Positions 26,443 to 36,665 are shown, numbered from the stretch's first letter. The stretch is DNA of 64,000 nucleotides from Acutalibacteraceae bacterium (GCA_045642685.1 JAZUJI010000056.1:1696-65695), one strand, 5' to 3'. Numbers and translations: made by a program. Notes: generated by a model from the letters alone, not told the origin.

Positions 26443-27966
26443 ATGAAACGGATCGCAGCGATTCTGTCGGCGGTGGTTCTTTTGCTCACGCTCGGTGCGT
26501 GCGCCAAAGAAACCGCCGAAGTCAAAACCGAAAAAGTGAAGAAAAAAACCGAAACGGTGCAGCAGGCGTCTGTTACCCTGCCGCTGGCGCACAATGACGG
26601 GCTGAATCCCTACACCGCAAAAAGCAAGGTGAATCAGGCGCTGGTGCCGCTGCTGTTTGACGGACTGTATTACCTGAACGAAGCGTTTGAGCCGCAGCCG
26701 CTCATTGCCTCCTCCGGCACGGTGGACGGTAAAACCGTGACGGTGTCGCTTAACCCGTCGGCTCGCTTTTCGGATGGCAGCGCCGTCACGGCGGACGATG
26801 TGACCTATTCGTTCCGCAAGGCGAAGAGTTGTGACTATTACAGCACCCGGCTTTCCGGCTTTTCCTCCGCTTCGGCTTCGGGCGGCGGTGTGGTGTTTAC
26901 GCTTTCCTCAAACGATATATTTGCACTTTCCTGTCTGGATTTCCCGATCGTTAAGCAGGATACCGCCGGTGATGAGGATGAATTGCCCATTGGCTGCGGC
27001 CGTTTTATTCCGGATGGAAAATTGCCGACGGCGGTGCTCAAGAGCAACGAAAACAGCCTGCGGGGAGCTTCCTCGATCGGTGAAATTCATCTGTATGAAA
27101 TCACCGAAAGCGACGGCATGGCTTACGGTTTGGAAATCGGCAATTATGACTACTGGTATGATGATCTGGCAAGCGGAGAGTATCGCCGCATCAATTCGGG
27201 CGTATCGGTCGTGGATACCAACAACCTGGTCTATCTGGCTTTCAACAGCGAAAAAAGTATTTTCACCGAGGAGCCTGTCCGGCAGGCAGTTTCCGTGCTG
27301 CTCAATCGGGATTCTCTGGTTTCAACGGGCTTTCAGGGGCACGCTGCGGCGTGTGCTCTGCCGTTCCAGCCCAAGTGGAAACCGATGGAGGCGGTTCAGT
27401 CCTCTACGGCTCTTGCCGGCGATAAGAACAAGGCACTCGAAATTCTGAAATCTGCCGGTTATACCAAGGTCAATGCCTATGGTTACCGTGCAAGCACCTC
27501 CAAAAGCCTGACGGCAAATCTGACGGTGTGTAAGGATAATCCCTTTAAGCTTGCCTGCGCCGAAGAAATCAAGGCACAGCTGGCAAAAATCAATTTTCAT
27601 GTGCGCCTTGTGGAGCTGAGCTATGAAGATTACACAAAGGCGATTAGCAAAGGCGAATTTGAAATGTATCTGGGTGAAATCAAGCTGCCGGTGAACATGA
27701 GCCTTTCCGCTTTCTTTTCCTCCTCCGGGGCGGCTTATGTCGGTGTGGATAAAGAAAACGGGCTTGCCTGCCGGGACGAATATTTTGCCATGCGTTCCGG
27801 TGAGCTTTCTTTGAGCGATTTTTGTGCGGCATTCGACCGGTCGATTCCGTTCGTTCCGCTATGCTACCGCTCCGGGCTGGCGATGTACGCCCGCAGCATC
27901 GGCGCATCGGTGGTCGGCACCTGCACAGACGGGTTTTACAACATAAATTCGTGGGTAAAAAAATAA
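26443..27966 (+). CDS. Lipoprotein, ABC-transporter substrate-binding protein family 5 (peptide/nickel type), orphan
   Basis: Lipobox LLTLGAC after MKRIAAILSAVVL, and a family-5 SBP-like length and pattern. The start was moved from ORF-track 26335 to the ATG at 26443. No permease or ATPase genes are adjacent. Confidence 0.7.
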   Translation: MKRIAAILSAVVLLLTLGACAKETAEVKTEKVKKKTETVQQASVTLPLAHNDGLNPYTAKSKVNQALVPLLFDGLYYLNEAFEPQPLIASSGTVDGKTVTVSLNPSARFSDGSAVTADDVTYSFRKAKSCDYYSTRLSGFSSASASGGGVVFTLSSNDIFALSCLDFPIVKQDTAGDEDELPIGCGRFIPDGKLPTAVLKSNENSLRGASSIGEIHLYEITESDGMAYGLEIGNYDYWYDDLASGEYRRINSGVSVVDTNNLVYLAFNSEKSIFTEEPVRQAVSVLLNRDSLVSTGFQGHAAACALPFQPKWKPMEAVQSSTALAGDKNKALEILKSAGYTKVNAYGYRASTSKSLTANLTVCKDNPFKLACAEEIKAQLAKINFHVRLVELSYEDYTKAISKGEFEMYLGEIKLPVNMSLSAFFSSSGAAYVGVDKENGLACRDEYFAMRSGELSLSDFCAAFDRSIPFVPLCYRSGLAMYARSIGASVVGTCTDGFYNINSWVKK

Positions 27967-28025
27967 CCGGCACCGTGTCGTTTTTTTGCGGCACGGTGTT
28001 GCTTTTGAAGGTATGGTTGAACGCA

Positions 28026-30068
28026 ATGGTGGATTTTTCAAGCAGTATTCAATATCTCAGGGGTGTCGGGGAAACCCGTGCCCGTCTGTTCCGGCGGCTC
28101 GGCGTGGAAACCGTCGGCGATCTGCTGCGCCTTTATCCCCGTGCTTATGAGGATTGGAGCCAAACGGTGAAGATCCGTCAGGCCGTGTCGGGTGAGGTGT
28201 GCTGCATTAAAGCGATGGTTGCAGGCCGGGTCAGCAAGGCGATGATCCGCAAGGGCATGACCGTTTATAAATGCGATGTGACCGATGGTGAAAGCATGAT
28301 GAAGGTCACGATTTTCAACAACCGTTTTGCGGCGGAAAAACTGAAAGAGGGAGAAACCTTTTTGTTTTTCGGGCGCATGAATACCAATGCCTACTCCTAT
28401 GAAATGCTCTCCCCGCAGATCGAACGGGCAACCACCGGCGAGCGGATCCGTCCGATTTACCCACAGACGCAGTCGCTGACCTCCCGCATGATCGAAGCCT
28501 GCGTGAAAAGGGCTTTGGAGGAATTGACGGAATTGCCGGAGGATGTGCTCAGCGAAGCGGTGCGTAAACAATATGATTTGTGTGACTACGCCTGCGCATT
28601 ACAGGGGATCCATTTCCCGAAAACACAAAAGATGATGCTGCGGGCACGCAGGCGGCTTTGCTTTGAGGAATTGTATGTGCTGCAAACCGGGATGATGCTG
28701 CTGCGCTCCCGAAATCGCCGCCTGACCGGTTTTCGGTTAAAGAACGATGAAACGGCTCGGTTTCTGGATGGCTTGCCTTTCACGCCGACAAACGCACAAA
28801 AACGGGCGGTGGCGGAATGTATGGCTGATATGATGGGTGAAATTCCGATGAACCGTTTGTTACAGGGGGATGTCGGTTCGGGCAAAACGGCGGTGGCGGC
28901 GGCGATCACATTCAGCTGCGCCGAAAACGGCTTTCAAACGGCAGTGATGGCACCGACCGAAATCCTGGCGATCCAGCATTACAAAACCTTTACCTCTTTG
29001 CTGGAGGGTACCGGTCTGCGGGTCGCTCTGCTGGTCGGTTCAACCCCTGCTGCCGAAAAAAAGAAGTTGAAAAATGAAATTGCACAGGGTGAGGTGTCAA
29101 TCGTCATCGGCACGCACGCTCTCATTCAAAAGGATGTTGTGTTCAAAAATCTTGCGCTGGTGATCACCGATGAACAGCACCGTTTCGGTGTCGGTCAGCG
29201 CAGTGAGCTCAGCGCAAAGGGATGCAATCCGCATCTGCTTGTTATGTCGGCAACGCCGATCCCCCGTACGCTTGCACTGATGATCTACGGTGACTTGGAT
29301 GTTTCGGTGCTGGACGAATTGCCGGCAGGCCGGCAGAAAATCGAAACCTATGCCATCGGCTCGGACAAACGGCAAAGAGCCTACGGCTATGTAAAAAAAC
29401 ACCTGGATGAAGGACGGCAGGGCTACATCGTCTGCCCGCTGGTGGAGGATGGTGAAATGCCGGAGCTGACGGCGGCGGTCACTTATGCCGAAGAATTGGC
29501 AAAAAACGAATTCCAAGGCTACACGGTCGGTTTGCTTCACGGCAAAATGAAGCCGAAAGAAAAGGAAAAGGTTATGACGGCATTTTCCGCCGGGGATATT
29601 CAGCTGCTGGTTTCCACAACGGTGATCGAGGTTGGGATTGATGTGCCGAACGCCGTGATCATGGTGATCGAGAACGCAGACCGTTTCGGACTGTCACAGC
29701 TGCATCAGCTCCGGGGGCGTGTCGGGCGGGGGCAGTTCCGTTCCACCTGTATTCTGATCTCCGATGCCGGGGGCGATACAGCCAAACAGCGTCTGAAGGT
29801 CATGTGCAGAACGACGGACGGCTTCCGCATTGCCGATGAGGATCTGAAGCTGCGGGGTCCGGGCGATTTCTTCGGCAGCAGGCAGCACGGCCTGCCCGAA
29901 ATGAAAATTGCCGATTTGTCGCAGGATATGGATCTGCTCAAAACGGCTCAGACGGCTGCCAAACAGGTTTTGCGTGAGGATGCCGCCCTGCGGGCAACAA
30001 AAAATGCCGCCCTTAAGGCGGCAGTGCTTGATTTGTTTGACCGTGCAGGTCCGTACGGTATGAATTGA
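28026..30068 (+). CDS. recG: ATP-dependent DNA helicase RecG
   Basis: Wedge domain start IQYLRGVGETRARLF, Walker A GDVGSGKT, DEQHRFGV, and TATPIPRT-like SATPIPRT. The start was moved to the ATG at 28026. Confidence 0.93.
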   Translation: MVDFSSSIQYLRGVGETRARLFRRLGVETVGDLLRLYPRAYEDWSQTVKIRQAVSGEVCCIKAMVAGRVSKAMIRKGMTVYKCDVTDGESMMKVTIFNNRFAAEKLKEGETFLFFGRMNTNAYSYEMLSPQIERATTGERIRPIYPQTQSLTSRMIEACVKRALEELTELPEDVLSEAVRKQYDLCDYACALQGIHFPKTQKMMLRARRRLCFEELYVLQTGMMLLRSRNRRLTGFRLKNDETARFLDGLPFTPTNAQKRAVAECMADMMGEIPMNRLLQGDVGSGKTAVAAAITFSCAENGFQTAVMAPTEILAIQHYKTFTSLLEGTGLRVALLVGSTPAAEKKKLKNEIAQGEVSIVIGTHALIQKDVVFKNLALVITDEQHRFGVGQRSELSAKGCNPHLLVMSATPIPRTLALMIYGDLDVSVLDELPAGRQKIETYAIGSDKRQRAYGYVKKHLDEGRQGYIVCPLVEDGEMPELTAAVTYAEELAKNEFQGYTVGLLHGKMKPKEKEKVMTAFSAGDIQLLVSTTVIEVGIDVPNAVIMVIENADRFGLSQLHQLRGRVGRGQFRSTCILISDAGGDTAKQRLKVMCRTTDGFRIADEDLKLRGPGDFFGSRQHGLPEMKIADLSQDMDLLKTAQTAAKQVLREDAALRATKNAALKAAVLDLFDRAGPYGMN

Positions 30069-30070
30069 TT

Positions 30071-30328
30071 TTACAGCTCGTTTGAACGGTCGAAAAGCTT
30101 GTGCGCACACTCACGGCACACTTTTTTGCCGTGAAAATCGACCAGTTCCTCCATTTTTCCGCAAAATACACAGCTGGGGGAATATTTGCGCAGCATAATG
30201 TAATCACCCTCGGTGAAAATTTCAAGATAATCTTCGTTTTCTTTCAATCCCATGGTTGCACGCAATTCCTTGGGTAAAACGATGCGGCCGGCTGAGTCGA
30301 TTTGTCTGGTGATACCGGTTGATTTCAT
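30071..30328 (-). CDS. AbrB/SpoVT-family DNA-binding protein with a C-terminal CxxC...CxxC zinc ribbon
   Basis: The MKSTGITRQIDSAGRIVLPKELR swapped-hairpin motif, and a C-terminal CVFCG-X13-CRECA. Confidence 0.85.
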   Translation of the reverse strand: MKSTGITRQIDSAGRIVLPKELRATMGLKENEDYLEIFTEGDYIMLRKYSPSCVFCGKMEELVDFHGKKVCRECAHKLFDRSNEL

Positions 30329-30523
30329 AATGAATCCCCCTGTTTTTCTACGAAATCTGACAATAGAATACCATTATTTTACATTCTTGTCAATGATTAA
30401 TATGTTTTTTTCGGTAAATGGCGGTTTTTTTGGGAATATCTTACTTTGCTACTTTTCATTTGAAAACAAATGTGTTATAATGAATTGCCCATAAATGAAC
30501 AGCTCGAAAGGAGTTATCCATCC

Positions 30524-31399
30524 ATGAAATCACTTACCATGAAACTCACCGCGATTCTTTTGACCGCAGCGGTCTTCCTTTGCGTCACCTCCTGCTCATT
30601 CGGCGGCAAGACCGAGGAAGAAACCACCGAACCGACTTCGGCAAGCGCAACGGTTTTGCCGAAAGAAGAGGCGGAAATTCTCGCATACTTCAACCGTGTT
30701 TTTGCCCAGGCCAAAGAGGGTCAGGCAAAGCTCAACTATTCCTGTTCCTACAAACCGAAGGGTTTCGAGGCAGAGGATAAGGGTCTTGCCTCCATGCTCA
30801 AGATCGTTGCCAAAAAACTGGACTTCGGTGATCTCGGCTGTGAAGTTGCCTACGGCGAATCTCACCGTGCGGTCATGCCGCTGAAGGACAGTGACTTGCC
30901 CCTCGTTTTAACGGCGGATGACATTGTTAAAATCGAGATCAACCGTGACGAATACGCCAAGCAGGCAGAGGAAGCCTCCAAGCTTGCCAAAGACAAGGAA
31001 TATGTCACGGAGAATGTGAATGTTGACCCCGATCTTCGCCGTGTTTACATTGAATTAAAAGAAGAAACCGATCCGGCAGCCGGCAGCGGTCTGTTCGGCA
31101 AAATCTTCGCTCTGCCCGACCGTGCTGCGATCGAGAAAGAGATGAAGAAAGCTTCCGATTATCTGACCTATGACGGCTCCTATCAGGCAAAGTATACCGG
31201 CTGCACCATCTATATGGAAATTGACCGTGTGACCGATCAGGTGATCAAGGTCGAGTTTAACCGCAGCATTGAAGTGACCGCAGCCGTGACCGGTGTCGGC
31301 ACACTGGAATCCGTCGGTACACAGGAATTGAAATTCCGTGTGGAGGGCAGCGACTGCTATGAGCTTGACTGGACGGAACCGGAAACCACCAATCCGTAA
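30524..31399 (+). CDS. Hypothetical lipoprotein
   Basis: Lipobox FLCVTSC after MKSLTMKLTAILLTAAV, and SD AAAGGAG. The start was moved from 30470 to 30524. Confidence 0.7.
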   Translation: MKSLTMKLTAILLTAAVFLCVTSCSFGGKTEEETTEPTSASATVLPKEEAEILAYFNRVFAQAKEGQAKLNYSCSYKPKGFEAEDKGLASMLKIVAKKLDFGDLGCEVAYGESHRAVMPLKDSDLPLVLTADDIVKIEINRDEYAKQAEEASKLAKDKEYVTENVNVDPDLRRVYIELKEETDPAAGSGLFGKIFALPDRAAIEKEMKKASDYLTYDGSYQAKYTGCTIYMEIDRVTDQVIKVEFNRSIEVTAAVTGVGTLESVGTQELKFRVEGSDCYELDWTEPETTNP

Positions 31400-31417
31400 G
31401 ACAGAAGGGCAAATAAG

Positions 31418-31951
31418 ATGAATATTCTTCACGATATTGACCCGAAGCGTATTTCTCCGAACGACTTTATCGCCGTGATCGAAATTCCGAAGGGCAGCAA
31501 GAACAAGTATGAGCTGGATAAGGAAACAGGTCTGATCATGCTGGATCGTGTGCTTTACACCTCTACGCACTACCCTGCCAATTACGGCTTTATTCCGCTG
31601 ACTTTTGCAGATGACCTTGATCCGCTGGATGTAGTGGTGCTTTGTTCCGAGCCGCTTGACCCGCTGACGCTTGTGCGCTGCTACCCCATTGGCGTGATCA
31701 ATATGCTGGATAACGGGCGTTCCGATGAAAAAATCATTGCCATCCCGTTTTCCGACCCAAACTATAACGGTTATCGCAGTATTTTTAATCTGCCTCGCCA
31801 TATTCAGGATGAAATGTCTCACTTTTTCACCGTGTACAAGCAGTTGGAAAAGAAAGACACCGCCGTGGATGAGATCCAGGGCGAGAGCGACGCCGTGCAG
31901 ATCATCGAAAAAGCGATTGAAGCTTACCGGGAAATGCACGCAGAAGAGTAA
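31418..31951 (+). CDS. ppa: Inorganic pyrophosphatase, family I
   Basis: IEIPKGSKNKYELDKETG, YPANYGFIP and DPLDVVVL motifs. Confidence 0.93.
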   Translation: MNILHDIDPKRISPNDFIAVIEIPKGSKNKYELDKETGLIMLDRVLYTSTHYPANYGFIPLTFADDLDPLDVVVLCSEPLDPLTLVRCYPIGVINMLDNGRSDEKIIAIPFSDPNYNGYRSIFNLPRHIQDEMSHFFTVYKQLEKKDTAVDEIQGESDAVQIIEKAIEAYREMHAEE

Positions 31952-31961
31952 CTTAACAGCG

Positions 31962-31997
31962 AACGGGGTCTGCATTTTTTGCAAGACCCCGTTTTTG
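31962..31997 (+). terminator. Intrinsic terminator after ppa
   Basis: The AACGGGGTCTGC / GCAAGACCCCGTT stem followed by TTTT. Confidence 0.8.
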
Positions 31998-32018
31998 TGC
32001 AGCAGAAAGGAAGAACAT

Positions 32019-32567
32019 ATGAACATACAGCATGGCAGACCTGCCGATTTGACCGGCAGAGCCGAAGAAGAAATTAAAACCTATGATTTTTTGGATCGTA
32101 TCGGCGTAGAATACGACCGGTTGGATCATGAGGCGGCATATACCATGGAGGCGTGCGAAGCGGTTGACCGTGACCTTGGCACGGTGATGTGCAAAAATCT
32201 GTTTTTGTGCAACCGTCAGCAAACAGCCTTTTATCTGCTGCTGATCCCGGGCGGCAAGAAGTTCAAAACCAAGGATTTGTCGGCTCAGCTCGGCGTAGCC
32301 CGGCTTTCATTTGCGCCGGAAGAATTTATGCAGCAGCTTTTGCATATTCAGCCCGGTTCGGTGAGCGTGATGGGTTTGATGAACGACACCGAAAAACAGG
32401 TGCGCCTGCTGATCGACGAGGATCTGCTCAAATGCGACACCTTCGGCTGCCACCCCTGCCGGAACACCGCCAGCCTCAAAATTTCAACGGCAGACCTGAT
32501 GCAAAAGGTCATTCCCGCTTTGGCGCATGAGCCGACTGTGGTCGATCTGCCGGAGGTATTGTCTTAA
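32019..32567 (+). CDS. YbaK/ProX-type aminoacyl-tRNA deacylase (prolyl-tRNA-synthetase-associated editing domain)
   Basis: CKNLFLCNRQQTAFYLLLIPGGKKF and PGSVSVMGL motifs. The start was moved to the ATG at 32019. Confidence 0.78.
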   Translation: MNIQHGRPADLTGRAEEEIKTYDFLDRIGVEYDRLDHEAAYTMEACEAVDRDLGTVMCKNLFLCNRQQTAFYLLLIPGGKKFKTKDLSAQLGVARLSFAPEEFMQQLLHIQPGSVSVMGLMNDTEKQVRLLIDEDLLKCDTFGCHPCRNTASLKISTADLMQKVIPALAHEPTVVDLPEVLS

Positions 32568-32583
32568 CGGTGATCTTTTATCT

Positions 32584-32607
32584 GCGGAGCTTCGGCTCCG
32601 CTTTTTT
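32584..32607 (+). terminator. Intrinsic terminator (GCGGAGC-TTCG-GCTCCGC-TTTTTT)
   Basis: A perfect 7-bp stem, tetraloop and T6. Confidence 0.85.
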
Positions 32608-32740
32608 GTGATGAAAATATATGCTTTTCTTCATTCCGATGTTGAAATACGCCGGTAATATATGGTATACTATATAAGCGTTATTTATAAATCCACGGGA
32701 GACGGTTTGCCGGCTCCTGTTCAAGAAAGGATGTTGACTT

Positions 32741-35700
32741 TTGTCGGAAATCAAAAATCTCGACGCTGTCGCTTCATTGGACGCAATGGATGCCCATGTT
32801 GACGACTGGCGTGACAGCACCAAGGGCAAGCAGAGAGGTATCTTCTCGTTTGACGACCTGGTGAAAGTGAAGCTGAAAACCCTGAAGAAAAGAATCTTCA
32901 CGGATATTGAATCCATTCCCGCCTGGAAAATGAGAGAGTGCATCTACAAGGCTCCCGGCGAATACGAATATTTCTACGATGAGTGGAAAGAGCTGAATGT
33001 CGGCGACACCTGGGGCAACAACGGCTGGAGCGCATTTTTCAAAAACTCCTTCGATATGCCGGAACGCTTTAAGGGCAAAAAAGTTACGCTGAATGTCTAT
33101 TTCGGCGGTGACAGCCTGCTCACCCTCAACGGTGAACCGTATCAGGGTCTTGACCCGTTCCGCAACAGCGTTCTGCTCACCGACTGCGCCAAGGGCGATG
33201 AGCATTACGATGTTGACATTGAATCCTACTATGTATGGCACTCCAATGAATCCACCGTCAAAACGCTCTCCTGCTCTTTCATCGGCTGTGTTGACCCGGA
33301 AATCGAAGATGTTTACTGGGACTTCAAAGCGGTTTTCAACGCCCTGTTCATGCCGGTGCTCGACAAGGGTCTGGGCGATGTGATCCGTGCCGCCTTGAAA
33401 GAAGCATTCACCCATGTCAACTTTGATCTGGACGGTGAGGCATTCAAAGCCGAGCTTCGTCTGGCAAAGAAAGTGCTTCAGGATAAAGTTTACAACAACC
33501 CGAACTACGCCTCCGAGGGCAATCTGGCGCTGGTCGGCAACTCCCACCTTGACCTTGTTTTCATGTGGGCATACAAAGAGTACATCCGCAAGCTCGGCCG
33601 TACTCACGCCACCATGCTCCGCCTGATGGAGCAGTACCCCGACTTCATTTTCTCGCAGAGCACCGTTCCCACCTACATTGAAATGCAAAACCGCTATCCG
33701 TCCCTGTTTGAACAGGTCAAAAAGCGTATGGCAGAGGGCAGATGGGAATATGTCGGCGCTATGTGGGTCGAGCCGGACTGCAACCTCATCAGCGGTGAAT
33801 CGTTCACCCGTCAGCTTCTCCACGGTATCCGCTACGCCGAAAAAACATTCGGTATCACGCCGAAAACCTGCTGGGTACCCGATGTATTCGGCAACGGCTA
33901 CGCCATGCCGCAGATTTTGAAAAAGGCAGGCGTTGAGTATTTTGTCACGCATAAAATGGGCATCTGGAACGACACGAACCCGTGGCAGTACCGCACCTTC
34001 TGGTGGGAAGGTCCGGACGGCTCAAAAGTATTCTCCATCGTTCCTCCGACGCACTTCATCGGCACTGTGGAAGCCGACTCCCTGAAGATGAACTGGGAGC
34101 GTTATACCGACAAGGCGACCATCGGTGAATCCATGTACTGCTACGGCTGGGGTGACGGCGGCGGCGGTGTTGACCCCGAAATGCTGGAATATGTCAAGCG
34201 TTACAAGAAATTCCCCGGTCTGCCCGAAACCAAAGTGAGCAAGATCGAAGATTCCCTTGCCCGCATGAAAGAAAAAGCGACCGACACCAACATTCCCACC
34301 TGGAAAGACGAGCTTTATCTGGAGGAGCACCGCGGTGTTCACACCACCAAGGCTCTGCTGAAAAAATACAACCGCAGATGCGAAAACGAACTGCGTCAGG
34401 CTGAAATTTTCGCCGGTATCGCCATGAAAATGGGTGACGCTTATCCGCTCGAACAGCTCAACGAGGCGTGGCAGCGTTTGCTGACAAGCCAATTCCATGA
34501 CGGTCTGCCCGGTTCCCATATCACGGAAGTTTTCCACGATATGTGCAAAGAATATGAAGAAATCCTTGCCATCGTCACAAAGGTCAGAGATAAGGCTCTC
34601 GACACGCTGGCGGGCTGCATTGACGGCAGCGAAACCTACGGCAAGCCCTTTGCCCTGTTCAATTCTCTGGGCAGCGATGTCACCTCCAAGGTGGAGCTTC
34701 CGTACAAGGATGTTGAAATCTACTGCGCAGGCGGCAAAAAGGTTCCCGTGCAGGCATACACCAAGCCGGACGGCACCAAGGTTCTCTGCTTTATTGCAAA
34801 GAATGTTCCCGCCTGCGGCTACAAGGTCTATTACGCCAAGCCTGCCGAAGTGCCGCAGGCCGCAGCCGCCGACCCTGCCGCCTTTGAAAACGAGTTCTTC
34901 TCCCTCAAATTCGATGACCGAGCCGAGCTTGTTTCCGTTTTCGACAAGAAAAACAACCGGGAAGTGCTTTCCGGCAAGGGCAATGTGTTCCGTCTCTACG
35001 AGGATCTGCCCGGCAAGTACGATGCGTGGGATATTGTTGCCACCTATGTTGACCGGGAGTTTGACACGCCTGCCGGTAAAGTGGAAAGCATGGTAAAGGG
35101 CGATGTGTTCACCTGCGTGACCATCTCCAAGGAGATCAACCGCTCCCGTATTTTGCAGAACATCCTTATCTATAACGAGCTTGACCGCATTGACTTCGAC
35201 ACCTTCATCTCCTGGCATGAGCAGGAAAAGCTGCTCAAGGTCGGCTTTGATGTGGATATTAAAGCTCAGAAATACACCCGTGACATTGCCTACGCCACCA
35301 TTGAAAGCTCAAATTACCGCCACAATCCCTATGATAAGGCGAAATTTGAGGTTTCCGCTCACAACTTCATCGACATGAGCGAGGACGGCTACGGCCTGTC
35401 GATCCTCAACGACTGCAAGTACGGTTATGAAGTGGACAAGAACCGCATGATCGTCACTTTGCTGAAAGCACCCATGAACCCCGACCCCGAATCTGACCGC
35501 GGTGACCACACCTTCACCTATTCCCTGTATCCGCACGCAGGCGACTGGAAAGACGCCGGCACTTTGACGCAGGGGCTTGTGTTCAACAACCCGTTGACCG
35601 CCGTTGAGGTCAAGCCCGAGAGCAAGGGCGAAACCAAGGGTTCGTTCCTTCGTGTTTCCGCCGGTAATGTTCCGCTGGAAGCCCTGAAGAAGTGCGAGGA

Positions 35701-35905
35701 TGAGGATGCCTACATCATCCGCTTTGTCGAAAAGGCAGGACGCAGAACAAAAGTGAATGTTGATTTCTTCGCCGACATTGAAAAGGCTGCCGAGGTCAAC
35801 CTGCTGGAGCGTGAAGATACTGCCTTTGACGGCATTGACGGCAAGCAGCTTACCTTTGAGATCAACCCGTTTGAAATCAAGACCTTCAAGCTGTTTGTAA
35901 AATAA
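32741..35905 (+). CDS. Glycoside hydrolase family 38 alpha-mannosidase, second paralog, cytoplasmic
   Basis: LVGNSHLDLVFMW (GH38 N-terminal metal site), WVPDVFG, QFHD; ~1050 aa. It has a TTG start with SD GAAAGGA. Confidence 0.88.
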   Translation: MSEIKNLDAVASLDAMDAHVDDWRDSTKGKQRGIFSFDDLVKVKLKTLKKRIFTDIESIPAWKMRECIYKAPGEYEYFYDEWKELNVGDTWGNNGWSAFFKNSFDMPERFKGKKVTLNVYFGGDSLLTLNGEPYQGLDPFRNSVLLTDCAKGDEHYDVDIESYYVWHSNESTVKTLSCSFIGCVDPEIEDVYWDFKAVFNALFMPVLDKGLGDVIRAALKEAFTHVNFDLDGEAFKAELRLAKKVLQDKVYNNPNYASEGNLALVGNSHLDLVFMWAYKEYIRKLGRTHATMLRLMEQYPDFIFSQSTVPTYIEMQNRYPSLFEQVKKRMAEGRWEYVGAMWVEPDCNLISGESFTRQLLHGIRYAEKTFGITPKTCWVPDVFGNGYAMPQILKKAGVEYFVTHKMGIWNDTNPWQYRTFWWEGPDGSKVFSIVPPTHFIGTVEADSLKMNWERYTDKATIGESMYCYGWGDGGGGVDPEMLEYVKRYKKFPGLPETKVSKIEDSLARMKEKATDTNIPTWKDELYLEEHRGVHTTKALLKKYNRRCENELRQAEIFAGIAMKMGDAYPLEQLNEAWQRLLTSQFHDGLPGSHITEVFHDMCKEYEEILAIVTKVRDKALDTLAGCIDGSETYGKPFALFNSLGSDVTSKVELPYKDVEIYCAGGKKVPVQAYTKPDGTKVLCFIAKNVPACGYKVYYAKPAEVPQAAAADPAAFENEFFSLKFDDRAELVSVFDKKNNREVLSGKGNVFRLYEDLPGKYDAWDIVATYVDREFDTPAGKVESMVKGDVFTCVTISKEINRSRILQNILIYNELDRIDFDTFISWHEQEKLLKVGFDVDIKAQKYTRDIAYATIESSNYRHNPYDKAKFEVSAHNFIDMSEDGYGLSILNDCKYGYEVDKNRMIVTLLKAPMNPDPESDRGDHTFTYSLYPHAGDWKDAGTLTQGLVFNNPLTAVEVKPESKGETKGSFLRVSAGNVPLEALKKCEDEDAYIIRFVEKAGRRTKVNVDFFADIEKAAEVNLLEREDTAFDGIDGKQLTFEINPFEIKTFKLFVK

Positions 35906-35922
35906 ACCGAACAAAAAAATCT

Positions 35923-35957
35923 GCCGGGTGTCCGTTTTCGGATGCCCGGCATTTTTT
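35923..35957 (+). terminator. Intrinsic terminator after the GH38 gene
   Basis: The GCCGGGTGTCCG-TTTT-CGGATGCCCGGC stem followed by ATTTTTT. Confidence 0.85.
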
Positions 35958-36046
35958 GCAAAAAACAGCTCTCCCCGTAAGGGCGGTACAATTTAGGGAT
36001 AAATCGTCTGAAAACGCATCTTTCAGCGAATAAGGGCTTCAAAAGC

Positions 36047-36079
36047 GGGCAACATACGCCGGTATGCTGCCCCCTTTTT
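36047..36079. terminator. Second strong hairpin with T-tract (GGGCAACATAC-GCCG-GTATGCTGCCC-CCTTTTT) in a gene-free convergent spacer
   Basis: An 11-bp stem with one mismatch. It could terminate a short plus-strand transcript or the minus-strand darA operon. Confidence 0.55.
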
Positions 36080-36324
36080 CATCTGAAATATGCAGTTTTC
36101 AGATACATAGTAGCTTTGAAAGTGATAGAATCAGAGACTTAAACGCCGCTGACAAAACTGCAGGAATACTTGCGTATTTCAAGGTTTTTCAGCAAGTATA
36201 AGGCGATTATAGCCATTCAAAACCGGTTTCTCCCTGATTTGCACCGCCCAAATGCGGAGAGAGCCGAAAAAGCTTTTGAAGCGAGGCTGTAATCAACCTT
36301 TTGGTTTCGTCCAATGCCGCCTGC

Positions 36325-36651
36325 TCAATATTTTTCCATATCCTCAACATTCAGCACAAGCACCGTTGCGCCGCCGACGGTGACTTCATCCTCCAAAGCA
36401 CCCTCGGCAAAGCCTCTGCCGAACGAAGCGGAGGTGGTGTTGGTGTGGGTACGGGTCTGCGAATGTTTTTGGATGATGCTCTTGGCAAATGCGACCCGGT
36501 TTTCCTCCGTGCCGATCAAAAAGGTGGTGTTGCCCACCATCAAAAATCCGCCGGTGGTGGAAAGCTTGGTGACGGTAAAGTTTTCTTTGGTCAGGGCTGC
36601 TGCAACAACAGCGGAATCTTCGTTATTTACGATCGCAATAATCAGCTTCAT
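36325..36651 (-). CDS. darA: Cyclic-di-AMP receptor, PII-like protein DarA (YaaQ/PstA, DUF970)
   Basis: Collinear by eye with B. subtilis DarA: MKLIIAIV, FTVTKLSTTGGFL, GNTTFLIG, VGGATVLVL. Confidence 0.9.
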   Translation of the reverse strand: MKLIIAIVNNEDSAVVAAALTKENFTVTKLSTTGGFLMVGNTTFLIGTEENRVAFAKSIIQKHSQTRTHTNTTSASFGRGFAEGALEDEVTVGGATVLVLNVEDMEKY

Positions 36652-36665
36652 AGTTCAATCTCCTT

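Noticed and set aside
36008-36026. Reading TGAAAACGCATCTTTCA as a CcpA cre site
   Set aside because: The right half does not fit the 14-nt cre consensus TGWNANCGNTNWCA, and no downstream gene exists for it to regulate.
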